From the human T2T-CHM13v2.0 reference genome, Homo sapiens: a DNA stretch of 64,000 bases. Below, one piece after another: positions 8,601-23,200 of the stretch. The translations under genes and the position numbers were made by a program. The notes under the pieces were generated by a model. That model made no database searches. It saw only the letters and a list, made by a program, of their open reading frames with translations, and was not told the DNA's origin. The stretch lies in assembly GCF_009914755.1 (NCBI RefSeq), contig NC_060930.1; one strand, 5' to 3'. The stretch's first letter is position 1; each line of letters opens with the position of its first letter.

Positions 8601-11600
8601 ATAATTGGACCTCCTAGAGGCCTTCGTTGGAAACGGGATTTCTTCATCTAAACCTACAGAGAAGAATTCTCAGTAACTTCTTCGGATGTGTGCATTCGAC
8701 GCACAGAATGGAACATTCCCTTTGATAGAGCAGTTTTGAGACACCGTTTTTGTAGAATTCCCAAGTGGATATTTAGAGCACTTTGAAGTCTCTGCTAGAA
8801 AAGGAAACATCTTCATGTAAAAAGTAGATAGAATCGTTCTCAGAAAGTGCTTAGTGACGTGTGCGTTCAACTCACAGAGTTTAACGTTTCTTTTGATAGA
8901 GCGTTTCTGAAACACCCTTCTTGTAGTAGCTGCAAGTGGATATTTGGACCTATTGGAGGCCTTCTTTGGAAACGGGATTTCTTCATGTAACTCTAGATTG
9001 AAGAGTTCTCAGAAACTCCTTTGTGATGTGTGCATTCAATTCAAAGAGTGAAACCTCCCTTTTCACAGAGCAGTTTTGAAACACTGTTTTTGTAGGATTT
9101 CCAAGGGGATATTTATAGCGCATTGAGCCTACGGCGGAAAAAGAAACATCTTCCTATAAAAACTAGACAGAATACTTCTCAGAATCTGCTTTGCGATGTG
9201 TGCGTTCAACTCACAGAGTAAAACTTTTCTTTTGATAGAGCAGTTTTGAAACACTCTTTTTGTAGTATTTGCATGTGTATATTTAGAGCGCATTGAAGCC
9301 CACAGTAGAAAAGGAAATAACTTCACCTAAAACCTAGACAGAAGCAATCTCAGAAACTACTTTGTGATGTGTACATTCAACTCACAGAGTGGAACTTTCC
9401 TCTTTATAGAGCAGTGTTGAAACACTCTTTTTGTAGAAACTGCAAGTGGATATTTGGACCTCTTTGAGGCCTTCGTTGGAAACGGGATTTCTTCCTATAA
9501 CCCTAGACAGAAGAATTTTCAGAAACCTCATTGTGATGTGTGCGTTCATCTCACAGAGTGGAGTCTTCCGTTTGATAGAGAAGTTTTGAAACCCTGTTCT
9601 TGTAGGATTTCCAAGTGGATATTTAGACCACTTTGAAGCCTATGATAGAAAAGGAAACATCTTCATGGAAAACATAGATAGAATCATCCTCAGAAACAAC
9701 TTTGTGATGTGTGCGTTGAACTCACCGTCTTTAACCTTTCTTTTGGTAGAGAAGTTTTGAAACACTCTCTTTGTAAAGTCTACAAGTGGATATTTTGAGC
9801 CCTTGGAGGCATTCTTTGGAAAAGGGAATGTCTTCACATAAAAGGCAGACGGAAGTGTTCTCAGAAACTGCTTTGTGATGTCTGTGTTCAACTCACAGAG
9901 TTTAACATTTCCTTTGATAGAGCGGTTTAGTAACCCTCTCTTTGTAGAATTTGGAAGTGTATACTAAGAGCGCTTTGAGGCCTATGGTAGAAAAGGAAAT
10001 ATCTTTCCATAAAAGCTAGACAGAAGCAATCTCAGAAACTCCTTTGCGATGTCTGCATTCAACTCACCGAGTGGAACATTCCTCTTGAGAGAGCAGTTTG
10101 GAAACACTCTTTCTGTAGAATCAGCTTGTTTGTATTTGGACCTCCTTGAGGCCTTCGTTGGAAACGGGTTTTCATCTTATAAACCCAGACAGAAGAATTC
10201 TCAGAGTCTTCTTTGTGATGTGTGCTTTCAACTCACCGAGATAAAGATTTCTCTTGATAGAGCAATTTGGAAACACTCTTTTTGTAGAATTTGCAAGGGT
10301 ACATTGAGAGCGCTTTCAGGCCTATGGTAGAAAAGGGAATATCTTTCCATAAAAGGTAGACAGAAGCAATCTCAGAAACTACTTTGTGATGTGTGCATTC
10401 AACTCACCGAGTGCAACGTTCCTCTTGACCGAGCAGTTTGGAAACATTGTTTCTGTAGAATCTGCAAGTGGATATTTGGACCTCTTTGAGGCCTTCGTTG
10501 GAAACGGGATTTCTTCCTATAAACCCAGACAGAAGAATTCTCAGAGACTTCTTTGTGATGTGTGAATTCAACTCACAGTGTGGATCCTTCCTTTTGATAG
10601 AGCAGTTTTGAAACCCTGTTTTTGTAGTATTTCCAAGCGGATATTCGGAACGCCTTGAAGCGTATGGTAGAAAAGGAAATATCTTCCCATAAAACCTAGA
10701 CAGAACCAATCTCAGAAACGACTTTGTGATGTCTGCATTCAAGTCACAGAGTTGAACATTTCTCTTGATAGAGCAGTTTTGAAACCCTCTTTCTGAAGGA
10801 TCTGCAAGTGGATATTTGGAACTCCTTTGGGTCTTCGTTGGAAACGGGATTTCTTCGTATAAATCTAGACAGAAGAATTCTCCGAAACTTCTTTGGTTGT
10901 GTGCATTCAAGTCACAGAGTGGAACCTTCCTTTGGATAGAGCAGTTTGAAACGCCGTGGTTGTAGTATTTCCAAGCGGATATTAGAGCGCCTTGAGGCCT
11001 ATGGTAGAAAAGGAAATATCTTCCCATAAAACCTAGACGGAAGCAATCTCAGAAACTACTGTGTGATGGCTGCATTCCACACACACGGTGGAACATTTCT
11101 CTTGATAGAGCAGTTTTGAAACACTCTTTCTGTAGAATCTGCAAGTGGATAATTGGACCGCCTTGAGGCCTTCGTTGGAAACGGGATTTCTTCATGTTAC
11201 TCTAGATAGAAGAATTCTCAAACACTGCTATGTGATGTTTGCATTCAAGTCACAGAGTGCAACATTCCTCTTGGTAGAGCAGTTGGGAAACACTCCTTTT
11301 GTAGAATCTGCAATGGGATATTTGGACTTCTTTGAGGCCTTCGTTGGAAACGGGATTTCTTCGTATGAATCTAGACAGAAGAATTCTCAGAAACTTCCTT
11401 GTGATGTGTGCATTCAACTCAGCGAGTGGCACCTTCCTTTGGATACAGCAGTTTTGAAACACTGTTTTTGTAGTATTTCCAAGCGGATATTTAGAGCGCC
11501 TTGAAGCCTATGCTAGAAATGGAAATATCTCCCCATAAAACCAAGACAGAAGCAATCTCAGAAACTAATGTGTGATGGCTGCATTCCACACACACGGTGG

Positions 11601-11726
11601 ACCATTTCTCTTGATAGAGCAGTTTTGAAACACTCTTTCTGTAGAATCTGCAAGTGGATAATTGGACCTCCTAGAGGCCTTCGTTGGAAACGGGATTTCT
11701 TCATCTAAACCTACAGAGAAGAATTC
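5613..11726 (+). repeat. HOR units 3-4: canonical 18-mers (2 x 3057 bp)
   Basis: Landmarks 5613, 8670, 11727. Confidence 0.93.
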
Positions 11727-14277
11727 TCAGTAACTTCTTCGGATGTGTGCATTCGACGCACAGAATGGAACATTCCCTTTGATAGAGCAGTTTTGAGACA
11801 CCGTTTTTGTAGAATTCCCAAGTGGATATTTAGAGCACTTTGAAGTCTCTGCTAGAAAAGGAAACATCTTCATGTAAAAAGTAGATAGAATCGTTCTCAG
11901 AAAGTGCTTAGTGACGTGTGCGTTCAACTCACAGAGTTTAACGTTTCTTTTGATAGAGCGTTTCTGAAACACCCTTCTTGTAGTAGCTGCAAGTGGATAT
12001 TTGGACCTATTGGAGGCCTTCTTTGGAAACGGGATTTCTTCATGTAACTCTAGATTGAAGAGTTCTCAGAAACTCCTTTGTGATGTGTGCATTCAATTCA
12101 AAGAGTGAAACCTCCCTTTTCACAGAGCAGTTTTGAAACACTGTTTTTGTAGGATTTCCAAGGGGATATTTATAGCGCATTGAGCCTACGGCGGAAAAAG
12201 AAACATCTTCCTATAAAAACTAGACAGAATACTTCTCAGAATCTGCTTTGCGATGTGTGCGTTCAACTCACAGAGTAAAACTTTTCTTTTGATAGAGCAG
12301 TTTTGAAACACTCTTTTTGTAGTATTTGCATGTGTATATTTAGAGCGCATTGAAGCCCACAGTAGAAAAGGAAATAACTTCACCTAAAACCTAGACAGAA
12401 GCAATCTCAGAAACTACTTTGTGATGTGTACATTCAACTCACAGAGTGGAACTTTCCTCTTTATAGAGCAGTGTTGAAACACTCTTTTTGTAGAAACTGC
12501 AAGTGGATATTTGGACCTCTTTGAGGCCTTCGTTGGAAACGGGATTTCTTCCTATAACCCTAGACAGAAGAATTTTCAGAAACCTCATTGTGATGTGTGC
12601 GTTCATCTCACAGAGTGGAGTCTTCCGTTTGATAGAGAAGTTTTGAAACCCTGTTCTTGTAGGATTTCCAAGTGGATATTTAGACCACTTTGAAGCCTAT
12701 GATAGAAAAGGAAACATCTTCATGGAAAACATAGATAGAATCATCCTCAGAAACAACTTTGTGATGTGTGCGTTGAACTCACCGTCTTTAACCTTTCTTT
12801 TGGTAGAGAAGTTTTGAAACACTCTCTTTGTAAAGTCTACAAGTGGATATTTTGAGCCCTTGGAGGCATTCTTTGGAAAAGGGAATGTCTTCACATAAAA
12901 GGCAGACGGAAGTGTTCTCAGAAACTGCTTTGTGATGTCTGTGTTCAACTCACAGAGTTTAACATTTCCTTTGATAGAGCGGTTTAGTAACCCTCTCTTT
13001 GTAGAATTTGGAAGTGTATACTAAGAGCGCTTTGAGGCCTATGGTAGAAAAGGAAATATCTTTCCATAAAAGCTAGACAGAAGCAATCTCAGAAACTCCT
13101 TTGCGATGTCTGCATTCAACTCACCGAGTGGAACATTCCTCTTGAGAGAGCAGTTTGGAAACACTCTTTCTGTAGAATCAGCTTGTTTGTATTTGGACCT
13201 CCTTGAGGCCTTCGTTGGAAACGGGTTTTCATCTTATAAACCCAGACAGAAGAATTCTCAGAGTCTTCTTTGTGATGTGTGCTTTCAACTCACCGAGATA
13301 AAGATTTCTCTTGATAGAGCAATTTGGAAACACTCTTTTTGTAGAATTTGCAAGGGTACATTGAGAGCGCTTTCAGGCCTATGGTAGAAAAGGGAATATC
13401 TTTCCATAAAAGGTAGACAGAAGCAATCTCAGAAACTACTTTGTGATGTGTGCATTCAACTCACCGAGTGCAACGTTCCTCTTGACCGAGCAGTTTGGAA
13501 ACATTGTTTCTGTAGAATCTGCAAGTGGATATTTGGACCTCTTTGAGGCCTTCGTTGGAAACGGGATTTCTTCCTATAAACCCAGACAGAAGAATTCTCA
13601 GAGACTTCTTTGTGATGTGTGAATTCAACTCACAGTGTGGATCCTTCCTTTTGATAGAGCAGTTTTGAAACCCTGTTTTTGTAGTATTTCCAAGCGGATA
13701 TTTGGAACGCCTTGAAGCGTATGGTAGAAAAGGAAATATCTTCCCATAAAACCTAGACAGAACCAATCTCAGAAACGACTTTGTGATGTCTGCATTCAAG
13801 TCACAGAGTTGAACATTTCTCTTGATAGAGCAGTTTTGAAACCCTCTTTCTGAAGGATCTGCAAGTGGATATTTGGAACTCCTTTGGGTCTTCGTTGGAA
13901 ACGGGATTTCTTCGTATAAATCTAGACAGAAGAATTCTCAGAAACTTCCTTGTGATGTGTGCATTCAACTCAGCGAGTGGCACCTTCCTTTGGATACAGC
14001 AGTTTTGAAACACTGTTTTTGTAGTATTTCCAAGCGGATATTTAGAGCGCCTTGAAGCCTATGCTAGAAATGGAAATATCTCCCCATAAAACCAAGACGG
14101 AAGCAATCTCAGAAACTAATGTGTGATGGCTGCATTCCACACACACGGTGGACCATTTCTCTTGATAGAGCAGTTTTGAAACACTCTTTCTGTAGAATCT
14201 GCAAGTGGATAATTGGACCTCCGAGAGGCCTTCGTTGGAAACGGGATTTCTTCATCTAAACCTACAGAGAAGTATTC
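11727..14277 (+). repeat. HOR unit 5: 15-mer variant (2551 bp)
   Basis: Spacing 2551 = 3057-506, with the junction within 13919-13939. Confidence 0.93.
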
Positions 14278-17200
14278 TCAGTAACTTCTTCGGATGTGTG
14301 CATTCGACGCACAGAATGGAACATTCCCTTTGATAGAGCAGTTTTGAGACACCGTTTTTGTAGAATTCCCAAGTGGATATTTAGAGCACTTTGAAGTCTC
14401 TGCTAGAAAAGGAAACATCATCATGTAAAAAGTAGATAGAATCGTTCTCAGAAAGTGCTTAGTGTCGTGTGCGTTCAACTCACAGAGTTTAACGTTTCTT
14501 TTGATAGAGCGTTTCTGAAACACCCTTCTTGTAGTAGCTGCAAGTGGATATTTGGACCTATTGGAGGCCTTCTTTGGAAACGGGATTTCTTCATGTAACT
14601 CTAGATTGAAGAATTCTCAGAAACTCCTTTGTGATGTGTGCATTCAATTCAAAGAGTGAAACCTCTCTTTTCGCAGAGCAGTTTTGAAACACTGTTTTTG
14701 TAGGATTTCCAAGGGGATATTTATAGCGCATTGAGCCTACGGCGGAAAAAGAAACATCTTCCTATAAAAACTAGACAGAATACTTCTCAGAATCTGCTTT
14801 GCGATGTGTGCGTTCAACTCACAGAGTAAAACTTTTCTTTTGATAGAGCAGTTTTGAAACACTCTTTTTGTAGTATTTGCATGTGTATATTTAGAGCGCA
14901 TTGAAGCCCACAGTAGAAAAGGAAATAACTTCACCTAAAACCTAGACAGAAGCAATCTCAGAAACTACTTTGTGATGTGTACATTCAACTCACAGAGTGG
15001 AACTTTCCTCTTTATAGAGCAGTGTTGAAACACTCTTTTTGTAGAAACTGCAAGTGGATATTTGGACCTCTTTGAGGCCTTCGTTGGAAACGGGATTTCT
15101 TCCTATAACCCTAGACAGAAGAATTTTCAGAAACCTCATTGTGATGTGTGCGTTCATCTCACAGAGTGGAGTCTTCCGTTTGATAGAGAAGTTTTGAAAC
15201 CCTGTTCTTGTAGGATTTCCAAGTGGATATTTAGACCACTTTGAAGCCTATGATAGAAAAGGAAACATCTTCATGGAAAACATAGATAGAATCATCCTCA
15301 GAAACAACTTTGTGATGTGTGCGTTGAACTCACCGTCTTTAACCTTTCTTTTGGTAGAGAAGTTTTGAAACACTCTCTTTGTAAAGTCTACAAGTGGATA
15401 TTTTGAGCCCTTGGAGGCATTCTTTGGAAAAGGGAATGTCTTCACATAAAAGGCAGACGGAAGTGTTCTCAGAAACTGCTTTGTGATGTCTGTGTTCAAC
15501 TCACAGAGTTTAACATTTCCTTTGATAGAGCGGTTTAGTAACCCTCTCTTTGTAGAATTTGGAAGTGTATACTAAGAGCGCTTTGAGGCCTATGGTAGAA
15601 AAGGAAATATCTTTCCATAAAAGCTAGACAGAAGCAATCTCGGAAACTCCTTTGTGATGTCTGCATTCAACTCACCGAGTGGAACATTCCTCTTGAGAGA
15701 GCAGTTTGGAAACACTCTTTCTGTAGAATCAGCTTGTTTGTATTTGGACCTCCTTGAGGCCTTCGTTGGAAACGGGTTTTCATCTTATAAACCCAGACAG
15801 AAGAATTCTCAGAGTCTTCTTTGTGATGTGTGCTTTCAACTCACCGAGATAAAGATTTCTCTTGATAGAGCAATTTGGAAACACTCTTTTTGTAGAATTT
15901 GCAAGGGTACATTGAGAGCGCTTTCAGGCCTATGGTAGAAAAGGGAATATCTTTCCATAAAAGGTAGACAGAAGCAATCTCAGAAACTACTTTGTGATGT
16001 GTGCATTCAACTCACCGAGTGCAACGTTCCTCTTGACCGAGCAGTTTGGAAACATTGTTTCTGTAGAATCTGCAAGTGGATATTTGGACCTCTTTGAGGC
16101 CTTCGTTGGAAACGGGATTTCTTCCTATAAACCCAGACAGAAGAATTCTCAGAGACTTCTTTGTGATGTGTGAATTCAACTCACAGTGTGGATCCTTCCT
16201 TTTGATAGAGCAGTTTTGAAACCCTGTTTTTGTAGTATTTCCAAGCGGATATTTGGAACGCCTTGAAGCGTATGGTAGAAAAGGAAATATCTTCCCATAA
16301 AACCTAGACAGAACCAATCTCAGAAACGACTTTGTGATGTCTGCATTCAAGTCACAGAGTTGAACATTTCTCTTGATAGAGCAGTTTTGAAACCCTCTTT
16401 CTGAAGGATCTGCAAGTGGATATTTGGAACTCCTTTGGGTCTTCGTTGGAAACGGGATTTCTTCGTATAAATCTAGACAGAAGAATTCTCCGAAACTTCT
16501 TTGGTTGTGTGCATTCAAGTCACAGAGTGGAACCTTCCTTTGGATAGAGCAGTTTGAAACGCCGTGGTTGTAGTATTTCCAAGCGGATATTAGAGCGCCT
16601 TGAGGCCTATGGTAGAAAAGGAAATATCTTCCCATAAAACCTAGACGGAAGCAATCTCAGAAACTACTGTGTGATGGCTGCATTCCACACACACGGTGGA
16701 ACATTTCTCTTGATAGAGCAGTTTTGAAACACTCTTTCTGTAGAATCTGCAAGTGGATAATTGGACCGCCTTGAGGCCTTCGTTGGAAACGGGATTTCTT
16801 CATGTTACTCTAGATAGAAGAATTCTCAAACACTGCTATGTGATGTTTGCATTCAAGTCACAGAGTGCAACATTCCTCTTGGTAGAGCAGTTGGGAAACA
16901 CTCCTTTTGTAGAATCTGCAATGGGATATTTGGACTTCTTTGAGGCCTTCGTTGGAAACGGGATTTCTTTGTATGAATCTAGACAGAAGAATTCTCAGAA
17001 ACTTCCTTGTGATGTGTGCATTCAACTCAGCGAGTGGCACCTTCCTTTGGATACAGCAGTTTTGAAACACTGTTTTTGTAGTATTTCCAAGCGGATATTT
17101 AGAGCGCCTTGAAGCCTATGCTAGAAATGGAAATATCTCCCCATAAAACCAAGACAGAAGCAATCTCAGAAACTAATGTGTGATGGCTGCATTCCACACA

Positions 17201-20200
17201 CACGGTGGACCATTTCTCTTGATAGAGCAGTTTTGAAACACTCTTTCTGTAGAATCTGCAAGTGGATAATTGGACCTCCTAGAGGCCTTCGTTGGAAACG
17301 GGATTTCTTCATCTAAACCTACAGAGAAGAATTCTCAGTAACTTCTTCGGATGTGTGCATTCGACGCACAGAATGGAACATTCCCTTTGATAGAGCAGTT
17401 TTGAGACACCGTTTTTGTAGAATTCCCAAGTGGATATTTAGAGCACTTTGAAGTCTCTGCTAGAAAAGGAAACATCTTCATGTAAAAAGTAGATAGAATC
17501 GTTCTCAGAAAGTGCTTAGTGACGTGTGCGTTCAACTCACAGAGTTTAACGTTTCTTTTGATAGAGCGTTTCTGAAACACCCTTCTTGTAGTAGCTGCAA
17601 GTGGATATTTGGACCTATTGGAGGCCTTCTTTGGAAATGGGATTTCTTCATGTAACTCTAGATTGAAGAATTCTCAGAAACTCCTTTGTGATGTGTGCAT
17701 TCAATTCAAAGAGTGAAACCTCCCTTTTCACAGAGCAGTTTTGAAACACTGTTTTTGTAGGATTTCCAAGGGGATATTTATAGCGCATTGAGCCTACGGC
17801 GGAAAAAGAAACATCTTCCTATAAAAACTAGACAGAATACTTCTCAGAATCTGCTTTGCGATGTGTGCGTTCAACTCACAGAGTAAAACTTTTCTTTTGA
17901 TAGAGCAGTTTTGAAACACTCTTTTTGTAGTATTTGCATGTGTATATTTAGAGCGCATTGAAGCCCACAGTAGAAAAGGAAATAACTTCACCTAAAACCT
18001 AGACAGAAGCAATCTCAGAAACTACTTTGTGATGTGTACATTCAACTCACAGAGTGGAACTTTCCTCTTTATAGAGCAGTGTTGAAACACTCTTTTTGTA
18101 GAAACTGCAAGTGGATATTTGGACCTCTTTGAGGCCTTCGTTGGAAACGGGATTTCTTCCTATAACCCTAGACAGAAGAATTTTCAGAAACCTCATTGTG
18201 ATGTGTGCGTTCATCTCACAGAGTGGAGTCTTCCGTTTGATAGAGAAGTTTTGAAACCCTGTTCTTGTAGGATTTCCAAGTGGATATTTAGACCACTTTG
18301 AAGCCTATGATAGAAAAGGAAACATCTTCATGGAAAACATAGATAGAATCATCCTCAGAAACAACTTTGTGATGTGTGCGTTGAACTCACCGTCTTTAAC
18401 CTTTCTTTTGGTAGAGAAGTTTTGAAACACTCTCTTTGTAAAGTCTACAAGTGGATATTTTGAGCCCTTGGAGGCATTCTTTGGAAAAGGGAATGTCTTC
18501 ACATAAAAGGCAGACGGAAGTGTTCTCAGAAACTGCTTTGTGATGTCTGTGTTCAACTCACAGAGTTTAACATTTCCTTTGATAGAGCGGTTTAGTAACC
18601 CTCTCTTTGTAGAATTTGGAAGTGTATACTAAGAGCGCTTTGAGGCCTATGGTAGAAAAGGAAATATCTTTCCATAAAAGCTAGACAGAAGCAATCTCAG
18701 AAACTCCTTTGCGATGTCTGCATTCAACTCACCGAGTGGAACATTCCTCTTGAGAGAGCAGTTTGGAAACACTCTTTCTGTAGAATCAGCTTGTTTGTAT
18801 TTGGACCTCCTTGAGGCCTTCGTTGGAAACGGGTTTTCATCTTATAAACCCAGACAGAAGAATTCTCAGAGTCTTCTTTGTGATGTGTGCTTTCAACTCA
18901 CCGAGATAAAGATTTCTCTTGATAGAGCAATTTGGAAACACTCTTTTTGTAGAATTTGCAAGGGTACATTGAGAGCGCTTTCAGGCCTATGGTAGAAAAG
19001 GGAATATCTTTCCATAAAAGGTAGACAGAAGCAATCTCAGAAACTACTTTGTGATGTGTGCATTCAACTCACCGAGTGCAACGTTCCTCTTGACCGAGCA
19101 GTTTGGAAACATTGTTTCTGTAGAATCTGCAAGTGGATATTTGGACCTCTTTGAGGCCTTCGTTGGAAACGGGATTTCTTCCTATAAACCCAGACAGAAG
19201 AATTCTCAGAGACTTCTTTGTGATGTGTGAATTCAACTCACAGTGTGGATCCTTCCTTTTGATAGAGCAGTTTTGAAACCCTGTTTTTGTAGTATTTCCA
19301 AGCGGATATTTGGAACGCCTTGAAGCGTATGGTAGAAAAGGAAATATCTTCCCATAAAACCTAGACAGAACCAATCTCAGAAACTACTTTGTGATGTCTG
19401 CATTCAACTCACAGAGTTGAACATTTCTCTTGATAGAGCAGTTTTGAAACCCTCTTTCTGAAGGATCTGCAAGTGGATATTTGGAACTCCTTTGGGTCTT
19501 CGTTGGAAACGGGATTTCTTCGTATAAATCTAGACAGAAGAATTCTCCGAAACTTCTTTGGTTGTGTGCATTCAAGTCACAGAGTGGAACCTTCCTTTGG
19601 ATAGAGCAGTTTGAAACGCCGTGGTTGTAGTATTTCCAAGCGGATATTAGAGCGCCTTGAGGCCTATGGTAGAAAAGGAAATATCTTCCCATAAAACCTA
19701 GACGGAAGCAATCTCAGAAACTACTGTGTGATGGCTGCATTCCACACACACGGTGGAACATTTCTCTTGATAGAGCAGTTTTGAAACACTCTTTCTGTAG
19801 AATCTGCAAGTGGATAATTGGACCGCCTTGAGGCCTTCGTTGGAAACGGGATTTCTTCATGTTACTCTAGATAGAAGAATTCTCAAACACTGCTATGTGA
19901 TGTTTGCATTCAAGTCACAGAGTGCAACATTCCTCTTGGTAGAGCAGTTGGGAAACACTCCTTTTGTAGAATCTGCAATGGGATATTTGGACTTCTTTGA
20001 GGCCTTCGTTGGAAACGGGATTTCTTCGTATGAATCTAGACAGAAGAATTCTCAGAAACTTCCTTGTGATGTGTGCATTCAACTCAGCGAGTGGCACCTT
20101 CCTTTGGATACAGCAGTTTTGAAACACTGTTTTTGTAGTATTTCCAAGCGGATATTTAGAGCGCCTTGAAGCCTATGCTAGAAATGGAAATATCTCCCCA

Positions 20201-23200
20201 TAAAACCAAGACAGAAGCAATCTCAGAAACTAATGTGTGATGGCTGCATTCCACACACACGGTGGACCATTTCTCTTGATAGAGCAGTTTTGAAACACTC
20301 TTTCTGTAGAATCTGCAAGTGGATAATTGGACCTCCTAGAGGCCTTCGTTGGAAACGGGATTTCTTCATCTAAACCTACAGAGAAGAATTCTCAGTAACT
20401 TCTTCGGATGTGTGCATTCGACGCACAGAATGGAACATTCCCTTTGATAGAGCAGTTTTGAGACACCGTTTTTGTAGAATTCCCAAGTGGATATTTAGAG
20501 CACTTTGAAGTCTCTGCTAGAAAAGGAAACATCTTCATGTAAAAAGTAGATAGAATCGTTCTCAGAAAGTGCTTAGTGACGTGTGCGTTCAACTCACAGA
20601 GTTTAACGTTTCTTTTGATAGAGCGTTTCTGAAACACCCTTCTTGTAGTAGCTGCAAGTGGATATTTGGACCTATTGGAGGCCTTCTTTGGAAACGGGAT
20701 TTCTTCATGTAACTCTAGATTGAAGAGTTCTCAGAAACTCCTTTGTGATGTGTGCATTCAATTCAAAGAGTGAAACCTCCCTTTTCACAGAGCAGTTTTG
20801 AAACACTGTTTTTGTAGGATTTCCAAGGGGATATTTATAGCGCATTGAGCCTACGGCGGAAAAAGAAACATCTTCCTATAAAAACTAGACAGAATACTTC
20901 TCAGAATCTGCTTTGCGATGTGTGCGTTCAACTCACAGAGTAAAACTTTTCTTTTGATAGAGCAGTTTTGAAACACTCTTTTTGTAGTATTTGCATGTGT
21001 ATATTTAGAGCGCATTGAAGCCCACAGTAGAAAAGGAAATAACTTCACCTAAAACCTAGACAGAAGCAATCTCAGAAACTACTTTGTGATGTGTACATTC
21101 AACTCACAGAGTGGAACTTTCCTCTTTATAGAGCAGTGTTGAAACACTCTTTTTGTAGAAACTGCAAGTGGATATTTGGACCTCTTTGAGGCCTTCGTTG
21201 GAAACGGGATTTCTTCCTATAACCCTAGACAGAAGAATTTTCAGAAACCTCATTGTGATGTGTGCGTTCATCTCACAGAGTGGAGTCTTCCGTTTGATAG
21301 AGAAGTTTTGAAACCCTGTTCTTGTAGGATTTCCAAGTGGATATTTAGACCACTTTGAAGCCTATGATAGAAAAGGAAACATCTTCATGGAAAACATAGA
21401 TAGAATCATCCTCAGAAACAACTTTGTGATGTGTGCGTTGAACTCACCGTCTTTAACCTTTCTTTTGGTAGAGAAGTTTTGAAATACTCTCTTTGTAAAG
21501 TCTACAAGTGGATATTTTGAGCCCTTGGAGGCATTCTTTGGAAAAGGGAATGTCTTCACATAAAAGGCAGACGGAAGTGTTCTCAGAAACTGCTTTGTGA
21601 TGTCTGTGTTCAACTCACAGAGTTTAACATTTCCTTTGATAGAGCGGTTTAGTAACCCTCTCTTTGTAGAATTTGGAAGTGTATACTAAGAGCGCTTTGA
21701 GGCCTATGGTAGAAAAGGAAATATCTTTCCATAAAAGCTAGACAGAAGCAATCTCAGAAACTCCTTTGCGATGTCTGCATTCAACTCACCGAGTGGAACA
21801 TTCCTCTTGAGAGAGCAGTTTGGAAACACTCTTTCTGTAGAATCAGCTTGTTTGTATTTGGACCTCCTTGAGGCCTTCGTTGGAAACGGGTTTTCATCTT
21901 ATAAACCCAGACAGAAGAATTCTCAGAGTCTTCTTTGTGATGTGTGCTTTCAACTCACCGAGATAAAGATTTCTCTTGATAGAGCAATTTGGAAACACTC
22001 TTTTTGTAGAATTTGCAAGGGTACATTGAGAGCGCTTTCAGGCCTATGGTAGAAAAGGGAATATCTTTCCATAAAAGGTAGACAGAAGCAATCTCAGAAA
22101 CTACTTTGTGATGTGTGCATTCAACTCACCGAGTGCAACGTTCCTCTTGACCGAGCAGTTTGGAAACATTGTTTCTGTAGAATCTGCAAGTGGATATTTG
22201 GACCTCTTTGAGGCCTTCGTTGGAAACGGGATTTCTTCCTATAAACCCAGACAGAAGAATTCTCAGAGACTTCTTTGTGATGTGTGAATTCAACTCACAG
22301 TGTGGATCCTTCCTTTTGATAGAGCAGTTTTGAAACCCTGTTTTTGTAGTATTTCCAAGCGGATATTTGGAACGCCTTGAAGCGTATGGTAGAAAAGGAA
22401 ATATCTTCCCATAAAACCTAGACAGAACCAATCTCAGAAACGACTTTGTGATGTCTGCATTCAAGTCACAGAGTTGAACATTTCTCTTGATAGAGCAGTT
22501 TTGAAACCCTCTTTCTGAAGGATCTGCAAGTGGATATTTGGAACTCCTTTGGGTCTTCGTTGGAAACGGGATTTCTTCGTATAAATCTAGACAGAAGAAT
22601 TCTCCGAAACTTCTTTGGTTGTGTGCATTCAAGTCACAGAGTGGAACCTTCCTTTGGATAGAGCAGTTTGAAACGCCGTGGTTGTAGTATTTCCAAGCGG
22701 ATATTAGAGCGCCTTGAGGCCTATGGTAGAAAAGGAAATATCTTCCCATAAAACCTAGACGGAAGCAATCTCAGAAACTACTGTGTGATGGCTGCATTCC
22801 ACACACACGGTGGAACATTTCTCTTGATAGAGCAGTTTTGAAACACTCTTTCTGTAGAATCTGCAAGTGGATAATTGGACCGCCTTGAGGCCTTCGTTGG
22901 AAACGGGATTTCTTCATGTTACTCTAGATAGAAGAATTCTCAAACACTGCTATGTGATGTTTGCATTCAAGTCACAGAGTGCAACATTCCTCTTGGTAGA
23001 GCAGTTGGGAAACACTCCTTTTGTAGAATCTGCAATGGGATATTTGGACTTCTTTGAGGCCTTCGTTGGAAACGGGATTTCTTCGTATGAATCTAGACAG
23101 AAGAATTCTCAGAAACTTCCTTGTGATGTGTGCATTCAACTCAGCGAGTGGCACCTTCCTTTGGATACAGCAGTTTTGAAACACTGTTTTTGTAGTATTT

